Positions 11,815-25,000 of a DNA stretch of 64,000 nucleotides are shown here, piece by piece. Position 1 is the stretch's first letter, and each line of letters begins with the position of its first letter. Source of the DNA: Orbicella franksi (taxonomy: Eukaryota); NCBI GenBank assembly GCA_964199315.1, contig OZ116709.1, forward strand, positions 2,480,001 to 2,544,000, in the 5' to 3' direction. A program made the translations under genes and the position numbers. The notes under the pieces are model-generated. The model had not been told where the DNA came from, did not search any database, and was given only the letters and a program-made list of their open reading frames with translations.

Positions 11815-14800
11815 TTGTTCTGAGATTGACCAGCCTGTGCATTTTTGCGAGATTTGCTTTGTCAATATAAAGTAAAGAAAAAAAAAAACATTCACCTGAC
11901 ATACCCACCCTTGATTACATCAAAATTGTACGTGAAAGTAGTGGATTAATTCTCACAGGGAAGGAGTTTGAGACCTGATATCGACAAATAAATTGCACTT
12001 TTCCATGCATTCACTGTAGCCCTGAAGTAGGCATTTTTTTTGTCAACACTGAGCTTTTTTGAGGAGTAGCAGCACAATTTTTGGGTCAAAGCTGTTTTCC
12101 CATGATGAGCGTTAACGTCCATCACATTTGAGATGCGTGGTTTACGAGCTAACATAAAATAAACTCACGGCAGCAGAAAAACGTCGGATTTCTATTCTCT
12201 TGGCAGTCTACCGAAGTGGCAATTTACCTGAATCTAGCCCATTTTCACTTGTCTGACAATGCGCGCACGCACTCTCAGTCGGACCTCTAAACGTCATACC
12301 GACTATTTATGCTAGGGGATTTCAGGGTGGTTGAGCGGTAAAAGTGGCCCGCAACGGATACAGCGGATCGTGGGTTCGAATCACACTGCTGCACAGAGGT
12401 CATTCTCAAACTGGCTTGGGGGTCACATAACCTCTCCCTGGGTACGTGGAGAATTGCTCTCGCCCCGGGAAACTCGTGTCAAGATTTTTGTTTTTATTTT
12501 GCTTGCCTTGATTTTTAATCTTTATTTTCCTTCTCTGAATTCCTTAATCGTTTTCCTTTTCTCTGTTTTCGGTATTTTTGTAACTTTCTATCTCGCGGAA
12601 AAGGACGGGAGCAATACTGTGGCATTCTGGCTCAAGATTTCCAATTAATTAGCCCGGGGTTATTATTATTTTTTTTTTTATTCTCGGCTTTAACTTGTTT
12701 CTACCTACAGAGTTGACATTTAATTAAAGGTGTTTTACTTTCTTTCAACTTGCTTTAATTTCTCTTTGCCTTGCATATCGGCCGGAACAAATCCGAGGGA
12801 TTTGAAACTCGACACTGTCTCCAGGAATTTGCACAGAATTTTGACATCTCACTCATTATTTCTTTGCAAACTTTGAATTTCAACTAATATCACTTGATTG
12901 TAAAATAATACTTCAATGACCAACTGTTACATCAAAACGCAACAGGCCAGTGCACGATTTCTTTGGCATTCGAGATCAGTCTGGTTCAGGGCTATCTCTG
13001 TACAACAGTGTTTGAACTCGACGAGGGTGTTCACATCTTATCTAGAAACCGAACAGTATCATTTAGCTTCAGCTTGTACGTAGCACATATTATTAAGCTC
13101 CACCTGACGTTCGAATTAGCCTCTTTTTCAAATCTTGTTTACTTTGCTAATTAACTTTGTCACTTTCATTAACAGTCACTGTTAGTAGTGTTTTGGGGTC
13201 AAATTCTTGGTGCTTTGGAAAGACCACCTCAGCGCCCGGCTCAACGCTCTCGGAGCTCCACGCCATTTGACGTCAGTTAAACAATTTTAAGACAATATCC
13301 TACCCTCGCCTGTATAAATATAGTGTGATGACATCGCAAGAATTAAAGAGCCTTTCGGCCATCAAAACTATAACTGAAAATGTCCAATCAACTGTAAAAG
13401 TGTTTTCATTTTAAAATAACTTCATTTTATATTTAGGAAGTTTCTGTGGTTTACATCGTGGCCAGGCCCAGAAATTTCTCGTCTAAAAGCATTGAAAAGT
13501 ACATCAATGGCCACTTTGTTTTACATTAACACCTTCTAGGCGAGTTGCCTTACACTATAGCGAGATGACCTGCTCTTTTCTGCCGTTTTCAGACACAGTT
13601 ATTCGTGTCGCGTTTTCTTGTTGCCGTCTCACGTGACCCTTGAGTCACATGATCTAAGCAAATGGAAAGAGTGAAATCTTTTCTGATCAGTATCATTCTA
13701 ACCCAGAGTAACGAAACTTAAATGAGTTTGGACGTAGTTTTTCTTCTTCCCTTGACCCACATGGACAATGCAACTTAAAAAGCTTTCAAAAATATCACAA
13801 TTTATCCGTTAAGGAGGCCATTAAGATAGTCATCGGGGTTAAAACATTAACATTCTTGAAGTGATCACAGTGTTGTTGATTCATGAATAGGTTCGTCTCT
13901 AAACTGAACAAAACATTCGATGAAAACTCGTTAAGTTCAAACTACATGTAGTAACTACACCTCAGACCAACTCGTTTTATAACATAGCCTTAGAGAAGCG
14001 CGCGTTTACCATTTCTTAATGGGTCAGGAGATTCCGAAATGAAATGGAGAAACGCATTTCTGTTTCAATTACGTTAAATTTGCTCTTGAGTGCAAGCCTA
14101 ACACCTGCCATGGCCCCTTGCCAAACTGATCCTTGCTGAAGTCGAAATCCCATTTCCAATTACTCGATAACGCGAAAACAATGGCTTTAATGGCCGAATG
14201 CCATTTTAACGACTAGCGGTGGAGATCCTTTCCTCGTACTCTTCAACAAATACCGAGTGTCGTTTAGGCAAGATCCAGTCACCTTTTGAAAAACAGAGTA
14301 ACTTTTTCAGCCTCAGTTAAATTCATTCAAATTAACTTTCATCTATACATGCAGACAAACCCTTCCGTGCACCACTGAAGTACTACTTAATGTAAGTACG
14401 GTGTTGCAATTGTTTGCTTGTCAATATTTCAGTGGAATTGATTACCTTTTTGGTTTTGCTTTTCAAGTGCATGAATTTCGATCTTTAACACTCGTGGGAT
14501 TATGTCTGACTATGTTATGTTTCTCCTCATTCCTCAGGTTTCAGTTGCTGATGAGCGAATGTTAGACATGCATGGCCCTTTAACGAGTACCATGGAAATA
14601 GAAATGCTGTGTAGGAAGGTATTAAAACGGATACAGTACAGAACCTACAAAATACTCCTTCCAACAAGCGTGTCTCTCTCGCAATTAAACGCCCCTAATC
14701 CCTTAGTTTTTGAGATGCTGAAGCAACCCCCAGTAGTGCTATGACCCAAGGGATCCTGGTACTCCCAAGGAACCCCCCCCCCCCCCTCCAAAAAAAGAAG

Positions 14801-15527
14801 CATCCCGTCCCGTTCCGTTCCGAATGAGCAGGGGATTTTCAAAATACAACCAGTCTCTCTAGGCTCGAGTTACCAAGGTGAGGGGGATGAAGTCGACGAA
14901 ACGAGGATCGAATTTTTTTGGCAACTGTTTGTTTTTGGTTGTTATTTGTCTTGGTGGGAGGGGGGAGTTTAAAACTTAAGTGAGGCTGATGGAGTTGTTG
15001 GGTATCAAACGAATTGTATATCCAGTGATATATCATAGCTAGCTTCCCAATTCTTATTCCTTTATTGATAAAAGGCTAAGGAAAAAACTAATACAATGAC
15101 ACAGATTTGTAAAATCAGGGGGAAACGTAAGTAGTGACAATGAACAAAATTAACTGCATGGCTGTGATAACATATTCATAACACTTCATTTAACGACGGT
15201 GGTGGGAGCATTTCACAGTTTTAGCGTTTCAGGAAATAGCTAATTTTTCGTGTAATAAATATCAAACTAAGAAACAAAAGATGCTAGGCATCAACAGCGA
15301 ATACATATCATCTTAACTGTTTTGAAAAATGTAAAATTCTTTTGAAATGAAAATAAAATGGTTTACTGTAAACTATTTTCATATACATGTAATAAGAGAG
15401 GATGTTTCATCCTTTTCTACAATAATCGAATTTCTGGTCGCACTTATGAGACAATGAAATTAATTACTGAATATTCATAGAACAAGATAGAAGGAATCAT
15501 TGGGAAAAGGGCATACAACAATTTTAA
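11815..15527 (+). CDS. Candidate small multi-exon gene of unknown function (missed by the ORF track)
   Basis: Phase-consistent AG/GT exons 11815-11871, 13593-13670, 14355-14391, 14538-14618, 15075-15126, 15481-15527(stop) give xCSEIDQPVHFCEICFVNIKHSYSCRVFLLPSHVTLESHDLSKWKEQTLPCTTEVLLNVSVADERMLDMHGPLTSTMEIEMLCRKAKEKTNTMTQICKIRGKQQDRRNHWEKGIQQF*. Possible 5' exons 11075-11099 and 11452-11487 do not join the rest in phase. Confidence 0.45.
12317..12480 (+). mobile_element. tRNA-derived SINE-like element (Pol III A and B boxes)
   Basis: A-box-like TGGTTGAGCGG 12328-12338 and B box GGTTCGAATC 12373-12382 at tRNA-like spacing. No acceptor stem; followed by an unrelated body. Confidence 0.55.
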
Positions 15528-15854
15528 ACTAAGTAAATCGAACAATCTAAATGATTTTGCCTTGTTTAACTCTAAGTGTATGTCTGCACGGTGGTGCTGT
15601 AATCTCGGCAATCAGTTAAAATTTCACTGAGTCTATTTATCATCTCTCAGAAAAATTTGCAGAGCTCGGATCTTAGCTAGTTACTGTCATTACTCAGCTG
15701 ACAGTTAAAGTTTTTACCAATTCAGTCTCGGCTAAATGAAATATTAATAAATACACTTTTTCGCCAAACAGTTTGCCTGAAAACCGCTTTCAAATACAGG
15801 CATAGAAACATGGCTGTTACATTTTTGCTGCGTTAAGGCTGTCCGATTTTAGCT

Positions 15855-16847
15855 CTAAAAGCGTTTGCCGAGGACTCGGGCAAATGTGCGCTGTTCTCGA
15901 GCGCTGTCTGTTACTAGGCATACTCCTTTTCGTCTTCCTCTACATTGGTTTTTTGCTTCACAGTCCTCCTGTCTTCCCGGTCGGTTCTTCTTACTTCTTT
16001 TAAACTGGAGAGGTCTGTCGTTTAACGGCTGTATTGGTGGTAGTCTTGTTTCTCTCATATTCAATTCTTTGTGGCTACCTTGAGGCGAGTTGGCCTCATT
16101 TCGCTGCATGTATACATACAAGCTGCTGGTTCCACGGCATGTCTGGCGCCTCTCAATATTCTCTAGATCTTGGCAATGTCGTGAATAGCCCCGCGGAGCG
16201 TTCGCTCGGAGGCGCAGTAGATACTCCAAACTATTTGTGACATGGCGGAACGGATCATGGTGGTAGCGAGGACGGCTTTGCCTGTTCGCTTGACTATGTG
16301 AATAGCCCTGAGTATCCGCTTGGTTCTGGAAGTAGCCTTGACGCTGTTCGCTAACTACCCTTAGTGGAAAGCTTTTAGTGTTTTCCAGAACTCGATGCCT
16401 TATTTTCCTGAAACTTTCTCGTTCTTCTCTCTGTCGTTGACTTTTCAGTTCATCGTAGAATCTGGCGGCCTGAGGATTATTTGCCGAAACGTATCCATTT
16501 CTTACCTGGAACTGGCCGGCTAGGGTGTCACAATCCTCCTCCGAAGAACTCTCTGTATCAGAATCATAGCTGTCATGAAACACCAGACTCGAAAGAGTTT
16601 CAGCAGTGGAAAATCGCAGTTCGTTTCTGTTTCCAACATAGGGAAAGAACTTTTGCCTCATCTCCGGTGAAACGTTTGATTCGTAAACCTCAGCGGGATA
16701 GGCCTGTCCAGAGCGCAATCCCCTGAAAGCAGGACCCTTTTTCGATTCTAAACAGTCTCTCAGGTTGGAAGTGACCTTTTGATCTCTCCTCTTGTTGTGT
16801 CGATGACACAGCTCAAGTACTGATGGTGTTTCTCTTCGAACATTCAT
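15855..16847 (-). CDS. Uncharacterised intronless ~330-aa Arg/Gln/Ser-rich, probably disordered protein
   Basis: 993-bp open frame in AT-rich DNA, raised GC, first in-frame ATG at 16847 (AAGATG). Acidic patch DSYDSDTESSSEEDCD and basic C-terminus. An in-frame acceptor at 16877 may link to an upstream exon. Confidence 0.7.
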   Translation of the reverse strand: MNVRRETPSVLELCHRHNKRRDQKVTSNLRDCLESKKGPAFRGLRSGQAYPAEVYESNVSPEMRQKFFPYVGNRNELRFSTAETLSSLVFHDSYDSDTESSSEEDCDTLAGQFQVRNGYVSANNPQAARFYDELKSQRQREERESFRKIRHRVLENTKSFPLRVVSEQRQGYFQNQADTQGYSHSQANRQSRPRYHHDPFRHVTNSLEYLLRLRANAPRGYSRHCQDLENIERRQTCRGTSSLYVYMQRNEANSPQGSHKELNMRETRLPPIQPLNDRPLQFKRSKKNRPGRQEDCEAKNQCRGRRKGVCLVTDSAREQRTFARVLGKRF

Positions 16848-17679
16848 CTTCAACGCTAAATGTTCATTACTGTCTAACTGTACGTGCTTGCAGATTTACT
16901 GATAAAAAATAAAGAACGATGTCTTGCTAATTACATTCTCATCTGACGTAATACGATGTAATTAGGCTCAATTAGGAAAATAATGTCGGCGTTCTTTGTG
17001 ATGTACCGCCAGAGAAGATCACTATTTCCTAGTATGGAACGATGTATTACTTTCTTGTGGTTCTGAAAATGATGAAAATTTTCTGCTTTTAATTGCACAT
17101 TGCGAGGTTTGTTAAGGTCATAGATAAAAAAAAAAAACCTCGCGAACTAGACTAATAGGTGATGTTATTTTGCCGTGTGTCATCAGATCTCTGACATAAA
17201 AGAACTGTATGGTAATTAGGAGGAGTTTTTGGGACCTCCCTCTTCCCCCCTCCCCCCGACCCCCACAAATTTTCCTCCCACTAATCGTCCCGCGCTATAC
17301 GGCAAACGCCTTTATAATTTAAGCGACTACAGGAGCCATTTTAAAATGGGCTCCGGGCAAATCAGTCTATTGTTTGTCTTCAAAACAAAGTTCCTGTGAA
17401 GGAGAGTCTTCAATTGGAGACAAAAGGAGAAAGGATTTAGTTGCTGGGTTGCTTTGTGGCACACAAGTCAACATATGACAGAAGAAGGCAAGGATAAAAA
17501 TCCCCCAAATCGGTCGGTTCGGAATTCATATCCATTTCGTGCCACAGGAACGTAGATGTCTGACGCCCTGTGACCAAGCTGTTGTTCGCTGTCATCGTGA
17601 CTAAGACTGCGCGGTTACTTAGCAGGAGGCAAAGAACAACTTTAGGGAGTATTCGAATTTTGCGGCTCGTAGATCTGAG

Positions 17680-20600
17680 ATGTTGGGCTGGGCAATAGCG
17701 TTGCCAATAGTCGGAACTTACATTATTACTTCTGTGGTTCTCTTAAACTTCCCATGGCTAGTACATAAGAAGAAAAAGCTGAAGTTTCGTTGTCGACACA
17801 TCAGCCACAGAGGAGGCAAGTAACCGACTAATTTAAACTTGTTTTTAACTTTAAGTTTAAGTCCTTGTTCAAGCTTATTACAGTTAAGCTTAATGGTTGG
17901 ACGGGTCTTTGATCACGACCAATAAGTAGAAATAACAGGAGATGCTATGAACTTTATGTTTTTGATAATTTCTGATAATTTGCCTTGATCTTCCACTACC
18001 ATGAAAAGATGTTGCCAGCAGGTACCTTTTCTTGACCCAGAAAAGGTGACCAAAAATTGCAAAAATAATTGTGAGCTACTAACTCAATGTATTTTCCTAG
18101 TTTCTTGGACAACATTTTCCAAGAGACTAGAAGATATTATGGGACAATGACATATTTACTTGTTCCCTGCATTACATCAACTAAACATTTAGGTCAGACC
18201 CCCACCCTCCCTCCCAACTTCACATGGAATTTTGCTGTCCCAAGAGTCACTGCATTCCAGTCGCTAATGTGGGCATTACTGACATTTATGATATGGCTGT
18301 GTCTCACAAGGACTGGGAACTACCAAATTCGCGAATTTGATTGGCTGAAATTGATAGTGAAAGCAGTCTAGATTTTCCCATCTAGACTGGCATCTAGATT
18401 GGTTACATTTTGCTGAGAAAACTAAAATGCAAAACTTTCGACTATTTTCTTCCAGCAATATTTATTTATGGAGGTGCCAAAAAGCCTGATGAGAAAAAAG
18501 TAAAGACAACAAGCAAACTTTGGCAGAATTATTTCAACTTCAGCTCATCGCTGTTCGCAAGCAAACTGTCAGCTAGTACAAACCAGTTACATTAAACGAA
18601 TTAGTTTTTCTTGTTTGCCATATAATAAACATCTTATTAACCAAGCTTAGTCGGTCTGTATGGGAGAATCTTGACCTCGGTCATTTGTACAGATCTCGGT
18701 CAAGATTCCCTCATACAGACCTCCTGCCCGGTTAATAAGAGCTAAGTGAAGATGTCAACATGATCTACAAAGCTTTCTCCAATCCGTTCTATGGAAGCAT
18801 CCAGATGTCTTCTGTGTTCTATTTACAGTTTTGATTTCCAGTGAAAGTAATTTGGTAAGAGAGAACCAGAATCATCAGTAGAAGGCCTCAAAAGGGGGCC
18901 ATATTTTGCAACACTTTTACCCGCTGGCCTTTGCCTGCCTACTTCACAAATGTGTTACTCTTTCTCTAATGTTGAGTGTTTCAACTGTGGTGCAATCTCT
19001 CATCCAAGTGAAAACTACATGTATCTGTTTTTGGTGTTTGCTGTTTGCAACATAAAGTACTAAACTTTATTAAAATAGAGTACTTTGCTTTTAGTCAAAT
19101 ACCCCCTGCACTGACATCCAAAAATGGACTTGTCTTACCCTCTCCCACCCTAAACATCTAGTTGATAACAATTCGGGAACAAGTGAATGTGTTGACAGCC
19201 CCTCAATCTGCATCTTAATCAAAGTGCAGTCGATGTGAAGTTTATGCTGAACATATGCCGAATCAGGATTATTCCCAAAAAAAGCAAACATGTTGTGTAA
19301 ACATGTTCAGAGTAGCCTGCACAAAATGCACCCTGGCTGTAATCTAGTTGAGACACTCCCATACAACCCAGGAGAGTTGAAAAGTGTACATGTATATAAC
19401 ATGCCCAGGCTCCAAGCTCAATCTCAGACCTTTAGAATTCCAATACACCAACAGCAATTAACCCACCAGCCCTAACACTATCTCTCTTATTATAGATTAC
19501 TAGGTTGATGGACAATTTAAGTAATCATTTTTGTATCCCTCTTTATCTGTTTATTTCAGGAGCTGCTGAAAATTTAGAAAACACAATGACAGCTTATCAT
19601 CAGTAAGAAATATCTTGCGGCACATTATGTATAAAGCAACATTTTTCTCTCCAACAGTTCTGCATCTCAGTATACTGTTGGCCTGGGAAGGGGGGGGGGG
19701 GGTACTCCCTATAATGGCCTTTATAGGAAGGCTCGTCCTGAAAGGGAACCTTTTTCAGGCTTCAGGTATTTCACAAGTTGATGTATATGAAAGGGTAGGG
19801 AAATCTGTCATTTAGTTATTTAAAGGAGCCTTAAATCAAAATATTTTGCACAGATACCTTTTGGCTGTATCTGGTAATGTGTGATGTTCTCCCATAAAAT
19901 TGTTCGTTAACTTCAGGAAAGGATGCAGTGTTCTTAAGTAGATATGTGGAAGGGGTAACTTTTTTCAATAAAAGGTATACAAAAGGGGTAATTTTTTTAT
20001 CTAAATGGTTTGCAAAAGGGTAAGGGATTGGACCCCGGGGTAGAGCCTCCATGTATAAAACTTTGTAGAGTACTGTGCCCCCCAACCCAGGATTGTTGGT
20101 GTCTAAACTGTAACTGTTATATATAATATTGCATTTTTCATCCTATAGTGCATTAAATATGGGAACAGAAATGCTTGAACTAGACGTCCGCTTGACAGCC
20201 GATAAACAGGTACTAGCAGGGACTGATTTAAAGGGACACCGTCGCCATTTTGAGCGTGATTTTGGAAATCTCAAAAACATATATCTATCTTTGGAAGCTG
20301 AACAATTAAATGGTTTTATTTTTTAAAGAAAATCCTTTGATGAGCTGAAGCAGCAATGTTGTCAGTCCCTATTCATTGCACAATAAACTTATTTAAAAGA
20401 CTCAGCTTTCAGGATCATTCATAGGTTAATGTGCTCAATTGAGACCTTATTATGTTCTCTGGAGAATTTGTCCTCTACCAATTTAGAAATTGTCTTTCCT
20501 TTGGTAATCTGTATATTTATTTCCAGATGTATACATGTTTGTTATTGTGTACGCAGGTTGTTGTGTGTCATGATGACGACCTTTCCCGTGTTACAGACAC

Positions 20601-22007
20601 AGAACACAATATTTCTGATTTCAATTACAAGGTATGTCATCTTTCACAAATCTTGACGTATAATTAAATTGCTAAATTTATACATTTTAGCTATTTACTG
20701 ACACGATCATGTTATCTCAAGATGATCAATATGAAGAGATACATGTATATTTTGCTAATATCATGAAAAGTAAATAATTATTAAAAGCAATTCTGTCAAT
20801 TATCTTTCTTAACTGTTTATAAATAAAATAAATTCATTGACCTCAGTATATATTATTAAGTTTATGAGGTAAATTAATCAAAGAACATGATCAAAACTGA
20901 TGAGGTACTTTTAGAGCCATTATTTATGACCAATATTAATAGCAAAAATTTCCTCTTTTAGGACCTGCCACCTCTAATGAAAAGGCTCAATGTTCAGTTT
21001 CAGCCAGGTAATTGTACAATTTATTCTGACTAGTAGACTGCAAAAAGTATAAATTTAAGTTAAACATATGTGCTTACTAGCTGTTATGAGTTGCTCTGAG
21101 CTTCAATTTTTTATTCCAATAGGTGTTACATGTGATGTAAAGAATGACGACTGTCGTATTCCGTTACTAGAAAGTGTTTTTGAAGCATTTCCTAATATTC
21201 CTATAAATGTAGACATAAAAACCAACTCTGATGTGCTTATAGACAAGGTAAGTGGTATAATTGTAAATGTGTAGTTTTAACAGTTCCTGTTGTGGTGCAC
21301 ATCCAATTTTTATTTGAGAACTCATGTGCTTTCTTTCTTTCTCTCTTGCTAGACACATGAACTTATCTGCAAGTACAACAGAAAGGATTTAACAGTGTGG
21401 GGGAACTTTTCAAAAGAAGTTACTGACAAGTGTTACAAGAAGGTTAGCTTGACAGCGATCTACAAAGTTAATCATCTGAGCTCTTAAAATGATTATTGCT
21501 AAAATGCTGGAAACTGCTTATTACATGTACATGATGTATGTCTGGGGATCAGTCTCCAGTAGAACATGCAATTTTCTTTTCCAAAATCAGTCAAAAACTT
21601 TTAAAAGTCAAATGGACATTGTATAATTGTCTCAGGCAATGACAGTGCTGCATGTACCGGTTCTTACTGGTTCTTTTTCTTGTAGGATCCAGAAATCCCA
21701 ATAATGTTTTCAATGAAGCGTTGTGCTGCACTTGTGTTGCTGTTTTATACTGGTCTACTGCCATTTATTCCCATCAAGGAGTCATTCCTGGAGATCATGT
21801 TACCAGTCACAATGATTAGGTAAAGATGTTACCATATAATTGAGTTCAAACATTATTCTTTAAATAACATGAATAAGTAATAAATATTAATGGTTAGGAG
21901 CCCGGACGTGCAGACAAGGGATCTTTCTAAATGTAACAATAATAATAAATATAGTAATAATGATAATGATAATGATAATGACAATGATAATGATAATGGT
22001 AATGACA

Positions 22008-22038
<31 letters not shown>

Positions 22039-25000
22039 TTCATTTATACAGCGCACACATCCATTATTTGCCCAAGGTGCTTTACAAAATTATCCCTAAA
22101 ATCTACAATTTTACTCTAAGAAAATTGGAAACTAAAAAACTAGCAAAATACTGAAAAAAAACTAGAATCGAAAAAAAAATTAAAAGTATTATGAAGAGTT
22201 ACTCTTAATAAATTTAGTAAAAAGGAAGGTCTTGAGTTTTTTCTTAAATAATAAAACTGTACTGGATTGTCGTATTTCCAAAGGAACAGTGTTCCAGACC
22301 AAATCTTCGGAGCGCATATGGAAAAAGCTCTATCACCATATGTTCTGGTTTTACAAGTTGGCTGCATTAACAGGTCTTGAAAGTTCACGTGAAGAAACCT
22401 TGTTGATTTCCAACATTCCAGGAGTTCTGTTAGATATTGTGGGCAGAGACCATTCAATGTTTAAGGAGTGATGGAATGGTGTGCTAATAAGGCAATACTC
22501 TAAAGATATTACAAAGAATATTGCATTATGGGGCAGAAGGAGAGGGAATAAATTTAGGTATAAATACAAATTATTAGTACAATTTTTTTTTTCAGAAAGG
22601 TAGGGAAGTGAGATCTTCATTGTAGAAATGATAATAATTAATATATGTTGTTGGAACAAAAGATTTTTTAGGTAACTGTAGCTAAATTGTATTACAATGA
22701 ATTGGGCAAATTCTCAAATAGTAAATTTAAGTATCAGTTTACTAAAATTTCTGTCAGAAATGCAAATTTTCAATTTTTTTTATCACTGGCTAGAAAATTT
22801 AGTGGTCTTTCTTTTCAAAAAAGTTCGGAATGATAAGCTCTAAAGTGGTGTTAGAGATGCAGAGGATAAGCTATTTTTAACTTGTAATTACCACAGCGTG
22901 TTGACAAATTCCTGTCATCGCTGAGGAATTCATCCTCTGTCATGTGTACGTGTACATTGTTCAACAGATCCAGAGTTGACCAGAATTATTATCCTTTGTG
23001 CGATTGTGCTTCATTTCTCCGGTTCTTTAAAGTTGTCCATAGTTTCTTCATTTGACTATTTTGCTTGCTGTTTCTACATTCTGAATTTTTGATGTCTTCA
23101 AAGAAACAAACCATTGTGCCCTTTTGGGTTGGGAAAGAAGCTGAAATTGTGAGAGAACAAGCCATTTTCTGTTTCAAAGGTTGCCAATTTTGCTGCAAGT
23201 GATCACAGCGATGTGACCTAATTTTGTTAAGCATCTGCTCGCTTGAATTTTCTGCCGGACTTTCATGGCATAATCAGCTTGTTACAATTTGTTTTCTTGC
23301 AGTTTGATTTACGGTGATCTACGGCTGGTTCACGATATTCTTTGCATCTTTATAGCCATTTTGGCATTCAAATCACCAACTTTCCTGACTAAATTGAGTA
23401 CCGAACAAGAATCTCACTGCATGTCGCCATTTCTCATACCACCATAGTATACGTGAAGTTTTCCTAAAGTTTCTATAATTATTGTGATGTCTGTTAAATG
23501 CAGACTGTCATCAACACCATAGTTATGGTAAGCGGATCCTTGGACTCGTTTATCAGCACATGGTTAAATCCAACAGTTTGTGTGTCATCAATCACTTAGA
23601 ACAAACCAAGTTGGAAATTAAAGCTTTTTTTTCATCAGTGTATCTCAAAACCTTAAATTCCATACAGGAATGTACATTTTAAGTTCATTTACAGCCACCT
23701 TTCGACAGATTTAGCTGAAATTTGGCTGAAATGTTCTCACTCCAGATAGATGCTCTACAAGACTGTGTCTCCAATTAGTTAATTTTAGTCCGGTTTAAAA
23801 GTTATGGTTTTGTTTATCAAAGGATACCCCATGCATTCCAACGTTGTAGAATAGTATAAAAAGAAAACAAAGTGATCTTTCAGAAATTGGAGACACACGT
23901 TTGAAGGGCATTGTGTAATCAATCAATTCCAATATTGAGACGGTCAAATATATTTGAGGTATACTCTGATACTTTCAATTTAATTTACTTTTTACTTAAA
24001 AATTTTAAAAAAGTTTGATTCTCTGACTAATTCCCCACTATAGAAACATACCTTAACTTGCTTACTACCTACCGGATTCTTCTGTTCCTTTGTAGGCGTT
24101 TTGAAGTGCCTCGAACAATGAAAGTCTTATGTCACATAGTTGACTGGTGAGTTATATGTGAATGACAAAATGTATCTGTCAGTGACAGCAAAACATCTGG
24201 GCAAAAAGTTTCTTCAATAACACTCCCACAAAGAAAAAATGTAACGAGCTGTCAACATCATATCTTTCTGATTGATCTGACAATGTACTTGCCGACGTGG
24301 TGGCCAGTATGGCAATCAGAGGACAAACACAAACAAAGTATACTTGGATTCCTAACGTAAAGTCCATGCTTTCAACTACATACATTTATTGAAGCTCCCG
24401 CATGGGGGCTTTTCAGCCATAATGTAAAAAAATAGTCATGAATAACTCAGTGGTTAACTAATCTTGCAGTCTTAAGTTTTGAAATAGCATGTGACTGGAA
24501 ATTATCATTTATCAAGCTGACATTTTCATTCAGACTCACAAGACTATCACTTGCTCACTGGGCCATTGAACTTCTATTTTCACTTGCCCAAGAGCAAAAT
24601 TTACTTGCCTCAGGCAATCTAGCCTGCGAATACAGCCGCCTCTCATTCGCTCCCACTACTACGTGCGAAACGCGAGTATTCGCAGGCTACAGGCAATCGG
24701 ACCTGGGTTTTTTCCTGCCCTGTAATAGTTGTGTGGAAATTAAATGTTAATTTTCATATGTTTTTGGTAGGTTTTTAATCAGCCCAATACTTTTTAAGCA
24801 TTTGGATAAGAGAGGAATTCAGGTACTGATAACTTTTTTGGTACTGACAAATGTAAATTTAGCTGTTTGTTGTAGGATGATGAGTGTTTTCCAAAAAAAT
24901 ATATGTTAAAATATGCAGTCTTTAGTTTCAATAGCTGTAATACTTTCCTAAATAGTTGCCTGTTAATGTCACTCAGGTCGTATGAACTCTTTATTTTGGA

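Noticed and set aside
12317-12395. Functional tRNA gene
   Set aside because: A and B boxes are present, but I could not pair an acceptor stem or a convincing anticodon arm.
14105-14158. Minus-strand KWDFDFSKDQFGKGPWQ resembling the p21/p27 CDK-inhibitor KWNFDF motif
   Set aside because: The upstream cyclin-binding RNLFG segment is absent, an in-frame stop lies 19 codons upstream, and no frame is open from the nearest good acceptor (14284) to a donor.
21853-22154. Poly-Leu, poly-Asn/Asp and poly-Ile ORFs (also 48525-48788)
   Set aside because: Translations of (AAT)n/(GAT)n microsatellites.
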